Shown here piece by piece: positions 28,801 through 37,186 of a DNA stretch of 64,000 nt. A program made the translations under genes and the position numbers. Below the pieces are notes generated by a model. The model did no database searches. It was not told where the DNA came from and saw only the letters and a program-made list of their open reading frames with translations. The DNA lies in the NCBI GenBank assembly GCA_050178035.1, contig JBFXGK010000014.1, forward strand, positions 8,649 through 72,648, in the 5' to 3' direction. This stretch comes from Kiritimatiellia bacterium (GTDB taxonomy: Bacteria > Verrucomicrobiota > Kiritimatiellia > JAKQHR01). Numbering within the stretch: position 1 is the stretch's first letter; each line of letters starts with the position of its first letter.

Positions 28801-29049
28801 GACACCAACACATTCTTCATCACCAACATCACGCGCGGCGCCAGCTCCGCCCTGATAGAATGGAGCGGCGGCACCGGCGCAACTTATCAAACACAATACA
28901 CCTTGAACCTGCTCAGCACCGATAATCCGCCGTGGACCGCCTGGGGCCCCTATGTAACCGGCACGCCGCTCGCTCAAACCGACACCAACATGGTGCAAAC
29001 AGCCAAGTTCTACCGTGTGGTTGCGCCATACGCCCCACCGCCCCCATAA
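25894..29049 (+). CDS. Secreted multi-repeat protein. Four repeats of about 190 aa, each starting (L/I)DFGDAP(D/E)..YP and ending DGEVEDY(E/M)(V/I) (GEVED-type domains). One distinct central domain. C-terminal FN3-like tail ending AKFYRVVAPYAPPPP.
   Basis: Signal peptide MKKGLLVLSSFCLLHFAFSAPAQD. DFGDAPD units begin at about 25960, 26668, 27799 and 28303. GEVED-type motifs at residues about 235, 417, 792 and 950. Confidence 0.7.
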   Translation: MKKGLLVLSSFCLLHFAFSAPAQDLDFGDAPEGALAYPAGGVSGSFPTCQNVPVAGWIQHGWVWAYFGLSKDYETEGNAGSCPLFNPNMYDQDECMGGNDAGLMFPDSFTIVGPLGSETVQPCSPGATNTLGATCQTAVWGTNIDILVVNNMPVVGYVNVLMDWDQNGVWSGSSTCTAVSVPEHVLINFPVPAPYAGPLSALGPPSFVIGPNAGHVWCRFSITETNVPLPWTGEGQFEDGESEDYLLEVLAGGTEEEIDFGDAPDPTYPTLLANNGARHTIVAGLSLGALIDAEGDGQPTAKADGDDVNPPIALDDEDGVTFLNAMFAGVPNTIQVVALVPAGTNAYLSAWMDFDGDGTWTNAGEQILADTPVTTGTNYVKFVPGAITATNSVFARFRLSTQTNLTITGLAPDGEVEDYEVPIVPVKWLQPPDLTTTGVDVDNTSVRLADDFLCNQTGPLTDFHIWTSFSGDVFPEDLTSLSFTLYLYADVPAGVDLPYSHPGEELWAQTFAAGTYHAGLVSSGITEWWFDPVLGTWTFPGDSMVFQYDFLIPEEEAFVQTNGTIYWLGVKFDEADPGGYQLGWKSSQAQWNDDACWYDGAIWQELRYGDGHELAPDSMDLAFAVTGIEKEEEEQLDFGDAPDPTYPTVLASGGARHVIVPGVFMGASVDAEPDGQQDPNSLGDDNNPPAGIDDEDGIILPSMLVAGSAAPVQVTASTSGFLNVWIDFNCDGDWADVGEQVFLNHAISAGLNAVLMGIPPPPVTKSGGPHSRWRFTTYPPAVPAYTNLEMDGEVEDYEVRLEVLDFGDAPDPSYPTLAASTGACHRIPSIYYLGATAPDDDPDGQPTSDATGDDSDGTDDEDGVTLGGSLIQGQLTAATVVASTNGWLDAWMDFNADGDWADSSEPIASSSNLLPGANTLNISVPFTAALGPTFARFRFSSSAAGLNPDGLATDGEVEDYMITIYQRGPDTNTFFITNITRGASSALIEWSGGTGATYQTQYTLNLLSTDNPPWTAWGPYVTGTPLAQTDTNMVQTAKFYRVVAPYAPPPP

Positions 29050-29109
29050 CGATGAAAAGCCGTCTCGACTTGCGCGGCCGGTTGGATTAGTGTGGCGGCA
29101 TTGGAAATC

Positions 29110-29198
29110 AAAAGTTCCAACCATTGGAAGTTTTGCGTAAAAAAGTTCCAATGATTGGAAGTTTTTTGGAGAAAAGTTCCAACCATTGGAAGTTTTGA
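29110..29198 (+). promoter_or_regulatory. Second triple tandem array of the AAGTTCCAA-N3-TTGGAAGTTTT pseudo-palindrome, immediately upstream of the glycogen synthase gene.
   Basis: Copies at about 29110-29134, 29140-29167 and 29172-29198. An extra half-site CATTGGAAAT lies at about 29096. Near-identical to the 20050-20137 array. Confidence 0.6.
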
Positions 29199-29211
29199 GA
29201 GAGGTGGCAGC

Positions 29212-31038
29212 ATGAGTCCTGAAACAGTGACCGGGAAAAAATCATCATCCGTCGCGGAGAACCTGCGCCCGCTGCTTTTTGAAACCGCGTGGGAAGTCTG
29301 CCAGAAGATCGGCGGCATCTACACGGTGATCCGCAGCAAGGTGCCGGAGGTCATGTCCACATGGGGCCAGCGCTACTGCCTGCTGGGCCCCTACAATCCC
29401 GAGGTCTCGCCGCTGGAGTTCGAGGAGATGGAGCTCGACGGCCCCATAGCGCCGGTCGTCAAGAAGATGCGCGAAAAGGGCTTTGCGGTGCACACCGGCT
29501 ACTGGCTGGTGACCGGACGCCCGCGGGTGATCCTGTTTGAATACAAGCAGTTTGAGGAACAGCTTCCGGAAATCCGGAAGATGTTCCTGGACAACCACCA
29601 GATTCCGGTCGCGCCCGAGGACAGCCTCACCAACGAGGTTGCGATGTTCGCATGGGTGCTGATCAGTTTCTTTACCATGCTGAACGACCTCAAGTCGCTC
29701 AAGAATCCGGTGATTGCCCATTTTCACGAATGGATGTCGGCGATGGCGATTCCGGAATTGCGCCGCCGCAGCAACCGCGCGGGCATTGTCTTCACGACGC
29801 ACGCCACAATGCTCGGACGCTACCTCGCGATGAACAACCCGGAGTTTTACACGAACATGACCGGCGTGGACTGGCAGGCGCAGGCGGCCCATTTCAACAT
29901 TATGGGGCCGGTGGTCATCGAGCGGGCCGCCGCGCACGGCGCGCATGTTTTCACGACGGTCAGCAAGGTGACCGGACGCGAATGCGAGGCGCTGCTTGGC
30001 CGCGCGCCGGACGTGCTGCTGCCCAACGGGCTCAACCTTCGCCGGTTCGTGGCCATGCACGAGTTCCAGAACCTGCACCGCAGCTACAAGGAGAAGATCC
30101 ACCAGTTCGTGATGGCGCACTTTTTCCCGAGCTACACGTTCGACCTCGACAACACCCTCTATTTTTTCACTGCAGGGCGCTACGAATACCGCAACAAGGG
30201 TTTCGACATGACCCTCGAGGCCATGGCGCGCCTGAACTACCGCATCAAGCTCAGCGGCCTCAACCGGACGATCGTGTTTTTCCTGATCACCCGCCAGGCC
30301 TACAAGTCCGCCACCGCCGAGGTGTTCCGGCGGCAGGCCATGCTCGAGGAAATGCGCGGCGCATGCGAGTCCATCAAGGATTCTCTGGGAAACAAACTTT
30401 TAATTGCGGCCGCGAAGGGCCATATCCCCGAATATGAAACACTGGTGGACGAGACTTCCCGCATGCGCCTGCGCCGCATCATGCACGCATGGCCGTCCAG
30501 TGCGCTGCCGCCGTTCGTCACGCATGAACTGGTCAGTGACGACGAAGTGATGCAGAAAATCCGCGCCTGCAAGCTGATCAACCGCCCCGACGATCCCGTG
30601 AAGGTGATTTATTATCCCGAGTTCGTCTCCACCAGCGACGGCCTCATCGGCATTGACTATGACAACTTCGTGCGCGGCTGCCATCTGGGCATCTTCCCGA
30701 GCTACTACGAGCCGTGGGGCTACACGCCGCTCGAGTGCGTGGCCTGCGGCGTGCCGGCCGTCACCAGCGACCTCAGCGGCTTCGGAAGCTACCTCAACCG
30801 ATGCATGCCGGACTGGGCCGAGCGCGGACTTTATGTGGCTCCGCGCAGCGAAAAATCCGAGGACGAGGCCACGAACGACCTCACCAACTGGCTCTACGAC
30901 TTCGCCCAGCTCGACCGCCGCGAGCGCATCGCGCTCCGCAACAAGGTGGAGCGTTCGTCGGATGATTTCGACTGGCACAACCTTGGCAAGAACTACACCG
31001 AGGCCTACGAGATGGTTTGCCGCAGAGCCGGGTTTTGA
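29212..31038 (+). CDS. Eukaryote-type (GT3 family) glycogen synthase.
   Basis: LLFETAWEVCQKIGGIYTVIRSKVPEV...YCLLGPY closely parallels the Gsy/GYS N-terminus. About 610 aa. ATG at 29212 has a GAGAGAGG RBS. The listed ORF start at 29155 only translates the repeat array. Confidence 0.7.
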   Translation: MSPETVTGKKSSSVAENLRPLLFETAWEVCQKIGGIYTVIRSKVPEVMSTWGQRYCLLGPYNPEVSPLEFEEMELDGPIAPVVKKMREKGFAVHTGYWLVTGRPRVILFEYKQFEEQLPEIRKMFLDNHQIPVAPEDSLTNEVAMFAWVLISFFTMLNDLKSLKNPVIAHFHEWMSAMAIPELRRRSNRAGIVFTTHATMLGRYLAMNNPEFYTNMTGVDWQAQAAHFNIMGPVVIERAAAHGAHVFTTVSKVTGRECEALLGRAPDVLLPNGLNLRRFVAMHEFQNLHRSYKEKIHQFVMAHFFPSYTFDLDNTLYFFTAGRYEYRNKGFDMTLEAMARLNYRIKLSGLNRTIVFFLITRQAYKSATAEVFRRQAMLEEMRGACESIKDSLGNKLLIAAAKGHIPEYETLVDETSRMRLRRIMHAWPSSALPPFVTHELVSDDEVMQKIRACKLINRPDDPVKVIYYPEFVSTSDGLIGIDYDNFVRGCHLGIFPSYYEPWGYTPLECVACGVPAVTSDLSGFGSYLNRCMPDWAERGLYVAPRSEKSEDEATNDLTNWLYDFAQLDRRERIALRNKVERSSDDFDWHNLGKNYTEAYEMVCRRAGF

Positions 31039-31089
31039 CAAATCTTCCGCGGGCGGCTATCTTGCCCGAATAAAACAGGAGAAATTCAA

Positions 31090-32265
31090 ATGAAAGCGAT
31101 AGTGATTGTTCTCGATTCGGTTGGCATCGGCGAAGCGCCTGACGCGGCGGCTTTCGGCGATGCCGGCGCCGCCACCCTGCCCCATCTGGCGGAGGCCGTC
31201 GGCGGCATCAAGGCCCCCACGTTTGAAGCCATGGGCCTTGGCAACATCCCTAAAATGATTCCCAAGGGGAAAGAAATCGCCGGCGTGAAGGTCGTCAAGA
31301 AACCGATCGCTTCCTTTGGCGCCATGGAGGAAGTCTCCATTGGCAAGGACACCATCACCGGCCACTGGGAATTTGCGGGCCTCGAAATCAATCCGGGCTT
31401 CACCAATTTCCCGCTCGATTTCCCCTCATTCCCCGAGGATCTGCTGAAGGCCTTCGAGAAGCAGACCGGGCGCGGCACCATTGGCAACAAGAGCGCCAGC
31501 GGAACGGCCATCCTCGACGAACTCGGCGAAGAGCACATGAAAACCGGCAAGTGGATTGTCTATACCAGCGCGGATTCTGTCTTCCAGATTGCCGCGCACA
31601 ACGACATTGTGCCGCTGCAGGAACTCTACAAGGCTTGCGAAATCGCGCGCAAGCTGTGCGACCCGCTCCGCGTCGGCCGCATCATTGCGCGCCCCTTTGT
31701 CGGCCAGCCGGGGTCTTTCCAGCGCACTCACGACCGCAAGGATTATGCCTTCGAGCCGACGGAACCCACCATTCTGGAGCGGCTCAAGGATGCGGGAGTT
31801 CCCGTCTACGCCGTCGGCAAGATCGAGGACATCTATGTCCACCGCGGCATCACCGAGTCGGTTCACACCGGCAACAATGTGACCTCGCAGGCGCAGGTCG
31901 AAAAGTACACAAAGGAGAAGAAGGACGGCCTGATCTTCGCCAACTACATTGACTTCGACATGGTCTACGGCCACCGCCGCGACTCCCGCGGCTATGCCGA
32001 TTCCATCGAACAGACCGACCAGTGGCTTGCAACCTATCTGCCGATGCTTACGGAAGAGGACATGCTGATCATCACTGCAGACCACGGCAACGACCCGACC
32101 TTCAAGGGCACGGACCACACACGCGAATTTGTTCCGCTGCTGGTGTACCGCAAGGGGCATCCGGGCCAGTCGCTGGGCATCCGCAAGGGGTTTTACGACA
32201 TCGCTCAGACCCTGGCTGATTTCTTTGGAATCGGCGCGGTTCCCCGCGGCAAAAGCTGGTTGTGA
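31090..32265 (+). CDS. deoB: Phosphopentomutase.
   Basis: MKAIVIVLDSVGIGEAPDA... and ITADHGNDPT metal-binding motifs. Confidence 0.9.
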   Translation: MKAIVIVLDSVGIGEAPDAAAFGDAGAATLPHLAEAVGGIKAPTFEAMGLGNIPKMIPKGKEIAGVKVVKKPIASFGAMEEVSIGKDTITGHWEFAGLEINPGFTNFPLDFPSFPEDLLKAFEKQTGRGTIGNKSASGTAILDELGEEHMKTGKWIVYTSADSVFQIAAHNDIVPLQELYKACEIARKLCDPLRVGRIIARPFVGQPGSFQRTHDRKDYAFEPTEPTILERLKDAGVPVYAVGKIEDIYVHRGITESVHTGNNVTSQAQVEKYTKEKKDGLIFANYIDFDMVYGHRRDSRGYADSIEQTDQWLATYLPMLTEEDMLIITADHGNDPTFKGTDHTREFVPLLVYRKGHPGQSLGIRKGFYDIAQTLADFFGIGAVPRGKSWL

Positions 32266-32310
32266 TGTTCCGTTGACACCGGCAGGCGGAAAAGCTAATC
32301 TGCCGGCGTT

Positions 32311-33630
32311 ATGGTACCACAATGGATTATTGAAAAGAAACGCGACGGCGGGGCCCTCACGCGTGAGGAAATCGAATTCTTCATCAACGGCTTCACCGAT
32401 GGCAGCCTTCCCGACTATCAGATGGCTGCCATGGCAATGGCAATCTACCTCAAGGGCATGACCTTTGACGAAGTCGCCGTGCTCACCGAAACCATGATGA
32501 ACTCCGGCGACATCGTGGACACCTCGTCCATCAAACGCCCCAAGGTGGACAAGCATTCCACCGGCGGCATTGGCGACAAGGTGTCTCTCATCCTCGCCCC
32601 GCTTGTGGCCTGCTGCGGCGGCGCCGTCCCCATGATCTCCGGCCGCGGGCTGGGCATCACCGGCGGCACGCTCGACAAGTTCGAGGCCATTCCCGGCTAC
32701 CGCACCGATCTCAGCGAGAAGGAATTCCTGAAGGTCGTGGACAAGTGCGGCTGCTCCATCATCGGGCAGACCGGCCAGATCGCCCCGGCCGACAAGAAGC
32801 TGTACGCTTTGCGTGATGTCACCGGAACGGTGCCGTCCATCCCCCTGATCACGGCCAGCATCATGAGCAAGAAAATGGCCGCCGGGCTTGATTGCCTCGT
32901 GCTGGACGTCAAATGGGGAAAAGGCGCTTTCATGAAGAGCCGAGAGGATGCGAAAGCGCTGGCCCTCAGCATGGTTGAAGTGGGAACGCGCATGGGCAAA
33001 GGCATGGCCGCCCTCATCACCGATATGAACCAGCCGCTCGGGCGAACCGCCGGCAACACCGTGGAAATCATCGAGACCATTGAGGCTTTGAAGGGCAACG
33101 GGGCGAAAGATCTTATGATCGTCACCATGGCCCTCTGCGCGCAGATGCTGACGCTGACCGGGCTGGCTCCCGGAGAGAGCGCGGCCATGAGCATGCTGGA
33201 GGAGAAAATCAACTCCGGCGAGGCCCTCGAAAAATTCAAGGAAATGGTGCGCCTGCATGACGGCGATGTGTCGTCGCTGGAGGATTTCAAGAAAATGCCG
33301 ACGGCGAAGACCGTCCGGCCGATGCCTTCGCCGAAGAGCGGTTACATCGCGAGCGTGGACGCGGAGAAAATCGGAAAGGCCGTCCTGCTGCTCGGCGCGG
33401 GCCGCATGAAGACCACCGACAAGGTGGATCATGCCGTAGGCGTCACGGACCTGCTGAAGATCGGCGAAAAAGTGTCCAAGGGCTCCCCCCTGCTCACCAT
33501 GCACATCAACAGCAAGGATCGCCTGGCGGAGGCGGAGCAGTTCTTCACAGACGCATTCACCTTCTCCGACAAACCCTTTACCCCGCCCCCGTTTATTAAT
33601 GAACTGATTCTCCCGGAGGATAAACAATGA
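32311..33630 (+). CDS. deoA: Thymidine / pyrimidine-nucleoside phosphorylase.
   Basis: IIEKKRDG..L..EEI.FFINGF and KHSTGGIGDKVSL motifs. 439 aa. Confidence 0.9.
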   Translation: MVPQWIIEKKRDGGALTREEIEFFINGFTDGSLPDYQMAAMAMAIYLKGMTFDEVAVLTETMMNSGDIVDTSSIKRPKVDKHSTGGIGDKVSLILAPLVACCGGAVPMISGRGLGITGGTLDKFEAIPGYRTDLSEKEFLKVVDKCGCSIIGQTGQIAPADKKLYALRDVTGTVPSIPLITASIMSKKMAAGLDCLVLDVKWGKGAFMKSREDAKALALSMVEVGTRMGKGMAALITDMNQPLGRTAGNTVEIIETIEALKGNGAKDLMIVTMALCAQMLTLTGLAPGESAAMSMLEEKINSGEALEKFKEMVRLHDGDVSSLEDFKKMPTAKTVRPMPSPKSGYIASVDAEKIGKAVLLLGAGRMKTTDKVDHAVGVTDLLKIGEKVSKGSPLLTMHINSKDRLAEAEQFFTDAFTFSDKPFTPPPFINELILPEDKQ

Positions 33631-34469
33631 GCATCAATTATGACATACTGGAACGGGCACTTCAGAGCATTAAGCAGGCGTGGCCCGAGGCCAAGCCGGC
33701 ATGCGGACTGATCCTCGGCTCCGGCTGGAGCGATGTGGCGGAAGCCTTCAAGATCAAGTCCACCCTCGCCTACGAAGACATTCCCGGGCTGGGAGCGCCG
33801 GGCGTCGCCGGACATTCCGGCCGGCTCATCTGGGGGGAATACGCGGGGCTGGAAACATTCGTATTCCAGGGCCGCCGCCACTGGTATGAAGGTGAAGGCT
33901 GGACCCCGGTATCCATGCCGCTCTATGTCCTCAAAAAACTGGGGTGCACGCGCATCATGCTCACCAACGCCGCGGGCGGCATCAACGCCAACTTCAAACC
34001 CGGCGACCTGATGGTCATCACCGACCACATCAACGCGATGGGCGCACATCCGCTGATCGGCAAGGCCAACTCCATCTGGGGCCCGCGGTTCCCGGATCAG
34101 ACCTATCTCTACAATGCAAAGCTTCGCGACCTGATGACCTCCGCAGCGCGCAAATGCAACATCCGCCTCAAGACGGGCGTGTATCTGGCTGCTTCCGGGC
34201 CGACCTATGAGACCCCGGCCGAAATCCGCATGTATAAGATCTGGGGCGCCGATGCCGTGGGCATGTCCACCGTGCCTGAGGCCATGCTGGCCAACGCGGC
34301 GGGAATAAAGGTTCTGGGGCTTTCATGCATCACCAACTTCGCAGCGGGCATCCTCGACCAGCCTCTGTCGCACGAGGAAGTCACCGAGGCCACGCGCGTG
34401 GCCATGCCCAAGATGAAATCCCTTGTGCTGCAGTTCTGGGGCGAAATGGCCGAAGCCGGCGCGGAATAA
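33627..34469 (+). CDS. punA: Purine nucleoside phosphorylase (PNP/MTAP family I).
   Basis: GLILGSGW and TNAAGGIN motifs. Overlaps the deoA stop (operon deoB-deoA-punA). Confidence 0.85.
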   Translation: MSINYDILERALQSIKQAWPEAKPACGLILGSGWSDVAEAFKIKSTLAYEDIPGLGAPGVAGHSGRLIWGEYAGLETFVFQGRRHWYEGEGWTPVSMPLYVLKKLGCTRIMLTNAAGGINANFKPGDLMVITDHINAMGAHPLIGKANSIWGPRFPDQTYLYNAKLRDLMTSAARKCNIRLKTGVYLAASGPTYETPAEIRMYKIWGADAVGMSTVPEAMLANAAGIKVLGLSCITNFAAGILDQPLSHEEVTEATRVAMPKMKSLVLQFWGEMAEAGAE

Positions 34470-34473
34470 AACA

Positions 34474-34503
34474 AGGGCCGAAACTTTCGTTCCGGCCCTT
34501 CAA
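34474..34503. terminator. Possible bidirectional hairpin terminator between punA and tRNA-Met.
   Basis: GGGCCGAAAC-TTTC-GTTCCGGCCC stem, roughly 10 bp with one mismatch. Weak T run. Confidence 0.3.
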
Positions 34504-34505
34504 AC

Positions 34506-34582
<77 letters not shown>

Positions 34583-34740
34583 ATCGTGATTTGCCATTGC
34601 AAGATAATGCAATTGGACCGGGATTCAAGAGAAAAAGAAAAATATTCCTGCCGCTCTCACGCTAACGACTCGCAGAGTGCAAATCTAACAGCGCCACAGC
34701 CCGCCTGTCATCACAGCCGTCCGCATCAGGAAGCCGTTGG

Positions 34741-34862
34741 GATTTCCAATAAGAAAATCGTTTCGGGGTGTTTTTGCCATTTTTTGGCCGTTTTTGGGCG
34801 TTTTTTTGTGTTTTCGGCCATTTTTTGGCCATTTTGGTGCGTTTTTTGGCGTTTTTTGAACC
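34741..34862 (+). repeat. Phased T-tract repeat block (family copy 3).
   Basis: TTTTTGCCATTTTTTGGCCGTTTTTGGGCGTTTTTTTGTG... with tracts every 9-11 bp. Confidence 0.75.
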
Positions 34863-34953
34863 TTCAGGACGCGGAGACTGTTTCTCTTGTTATTATTCCT
34901 TTGTCAGAAAAAACTCAAACGGGTACCATATAGGCGATGGGAGGTGACGAAGC

Positions 34954-35277
34954 ATGAAAACAAAGGGGTTCGAGCCGGCAGATGTTGTTCTGATCATTAT
35001 ACTGATCAGCATGATCACCGTCATTGGCGTTCCAATGTATCTCAGGATAAGGCAGACCGGGCAAACCGATGCCTGCATGAACAACCTGAGCCAGTTGGAC
35101 AAGGCCAAGGATAAATGGGCCGTCAAGGAAGGAAAGACAAAAGCAGACACGCCGACCCAAACCGATCTTCTCCCCTATCTGCAAGCATGGCCGGTGTGCC
35201 CCGCCAATGGGGCCTATACGCTCAACCGGGTCGGAACCAAACCGGAATGCTCGGTGGAAGGCCATGTTTGTCCATGA
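34954..35277 (+). CDS. Small pilin/pseudopilin-like protein: N-terminal hydrophobic helix, then a C..NNLSQLDKAKDKWA motif.
   Basis: MKTKGFEPADVVLIIILISMITVIG, then TDACMNNLSQLDKAKDKWAVKEGK. This resembles the post-helix motif of PVC-group prepilin-type proteins. The canonical GFTLIE is absent. Confidence 0.35.
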   Translation: MKTKGFEPADVVLIIILISMITVIGVPMYLRIRQTGQTDACMNNLSQLDKAKDKWAVKEGKTKADTPTQTDLLPYLQAWPVCPANGAYTLNRVGTKPECSVEGHVCP

Positions 35278-35289
35278 AATGAGACGGGC

Positions 35290-35374
35290 TGGTGGGCGAG
35301 GCGGGACTCGAACCCGCAAGCCTTTCGGCACAAGATCCTAAGTCTTGCGTGTCTGCCAATTTCACCACTCGCCC
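35290..35374 (-). tRNA. tRNA-Leu (anticodon UAG).
   Basis: 85-nt cloverleaf with a long variable arm and anticodon loop CTTAGGA. Acceptor GGGCGAG / CTCGCCC + A + CCA. Confidence 0.85.
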
Positions 35375-35391
35375 GGAGCGGGTTAAAAAAC

Positions 35392-35467
35392 TGGTGGAGG
35401 GTAGGAGGTTCGAACTCCCGACCTCCTGAATGCCATTCAGGCGCTCTCCCAACTGAGCTAACCCCCC
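35392..35467 (-). tRNA. tRNA-Ala (anticodon GGC).
   Basis: 76 nt. G3:U70 identity pair. Anticodon loop ATGGCAT. 3' CCA encoded. Confidence 0.85.
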
Positions 35468-35766
35468 ACCAAAATAGAAGGTCGCGGTCAATATAGGGAT
35501 TTATTTCCCGATGTCAACCCCGCGAAAATTTATATTATGGGTCAACCTATTCAGGCAGGGCAGTCGCTCTGCCGACCGCCTCGGCGCGCACGGAGTGCGC
35601 GCTCTTCCTGCAAATCCAACAATATATTCTTTGCACGGTTCAACCGAGCTTTTCCCGTGACTGGACCGGGGATTGCCTGTGAAGAACATGCAGAGTCGCG
35701 GAATGAACTCCGAGATCCTGGATTGCCATGTTATCGGGCGCTTCTTTCCAACAGAGTGAATTTTTG

Positions 35767-37170
35767 TTATACGGGGGATTCTTGTGCCAGTTCACGAACA
35801 AGATCATATCCGAGCGCCAGCAGAACCGGGCCCAGAAATAGTCCGATGAAGCCAAAGGCAATCATCCCGCCGGTAATGCCAATGAGCATCAACGCAAACG
35901 GCACACGCTCATCCACAGGTCGCCTCGCCCCGGGGGCAGGAATTTTCACCTCGGGAACCCAGCGCCGCACCGTGGCTGTTATGAATGGAGAGAGAAACAT
36001 CAATACAAATGCGAACAGAAAAAGCCAAAAGCCGTTGACCAGTTCCCCTGTCGCGAAAAGCCAGATGGCGCCGCCCAGAAAGCTCACAACGCCAGCCGAC
36101 GCGAAGGGTGTCAGTCCCACGGCAACCGCAACCGCGATCCCAACTATCCAAGGCAGACCCACGAAGGCGAATCCTGCGCCCGTCAGCAAGCCGGCAGCAA
36201 CCCCGGAAACGAGCGCACGCCGTCGGCGCAGCAAACGGGTAAAATCCCACGATCCCGCAATCAGGACAGGCCGCACGACATTATCGATGCCGCTGATGAT
36301 CACACCTCCATAGAGCAGCATGCCGATGCCGTCCCCCATCCGTCCGCCCGCCAGCAGCCACAGGCCCACAGGAATCCAAAGAATCGGCGGCCCCATCGGC
36401 AGAATGCCCAAAACAAAAACAACCGCCGAGAACAGCACCACGTTCGGCACGCCAAAGATCACAAATCCAATGGCCGCCGCAACAGCCTGAACAAGAGAAG
36501 TGCCCACCGTGCCGCGCACGACCGTATTAAGCGTCAGCGCCATCCGATGACGCAGCCGCGCCATGAAGGCCCCGGCAACGCGCTCCATAAGGGCCATGAC
36601 ACGGTCGGTGACCACCTCCCCGTGGAGATAGAACAAGAACATGAAAATCAGGCTGAAAATGATCTGGAAGATTCCATATCCGATGCTGACGCCTCTCTGC
36701 ATCAGCCAGGGCACAGCCACCTTGGAGGCCTGTGCTCCCCATTGGGTCACCTGCTCGGTGTCACTGAAAAGTTTTTCAAGCGCATTGCTTATCGAATCCG
36801 CATACGGTCCAAGAACGGCATGAGCTCGCAGCGCCTCCGTCAGTTGCGGGATGCCCGTGCCGCGCAACGCCTGAACGCGGTCAATGACCCACGCCGCGAT
36901 ATCCAGCGAAGATCGGGCCAGCATCCACAACGGGATCAAAAGCATCACCGTGGCCAGCAGGGTCATCAGCCCCGCCGCCGCGATGGCGTTTCCGCCCGTC
37001 AGACGACGCTTCATGAATCCAAAGACCGGCCAGGACGCAAACACAAGAATCGCCGCCCACAGCATGGCGGTGAAAAAGGGCTTCAATACCAGTCCGCAGA
37101 AAAAGACCAGCAGTCCCACAAGCGTCAGCCCTGCGCCTGTTTCGATCAGCTTCCTGTTTTTGAGATTCAT
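35767..37170 (-). CDS. AI-2E family transporter (PerM/YhhT-like, UPF0118).
   Basis: Eight TM segments with AI-2E conserved blocks (GILPMGPPILWIPV, GGVIISGIDNVVRP). Confidence 0.7.
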   Translation of the reverse strand: MNLKNRKLIETGAGLTLVGLLVFFCGLVLKPFFTAMLWAAILVFASWPVFGFMKRRLTGGNAIAAAGLMTLLATVMLLIPLWMLARSSLDIAAWVIDRVQALRGTGIPQLTEALRAHAVLGPYADSISNALEKLFSDTEQVTQWGAQASKVAVPWLMQRGVSIGYGIFQIIFSLIFMFLFYLHGEVVTDRVMALMERVAGAFMARLRHRMALTLNTVVRGTVGTSLVQAVAAAIGFVIFGVPNVVLFSAVVFVLGILPMGPPILWIPVGLWLLAGGRMGDGIGMLLYGGVIISGIDNVVRPVLIAGSWDFTRLLRRRRALVSGVAAGLLTGAGFAFVGLPWIVGIAVAVAVGLTPFASAGVVSFLGGAIWLFATGELVNGFWLFLFAFVLMFLSPFITATVRRWVPEVKIPAPGARRPVDERVPFALMLIGITGGMIAFGFIGLFLGPVLLALGYDLVRELAQESPV

Positions 37171-37186
37171 ATTGTTCATTTCCATC

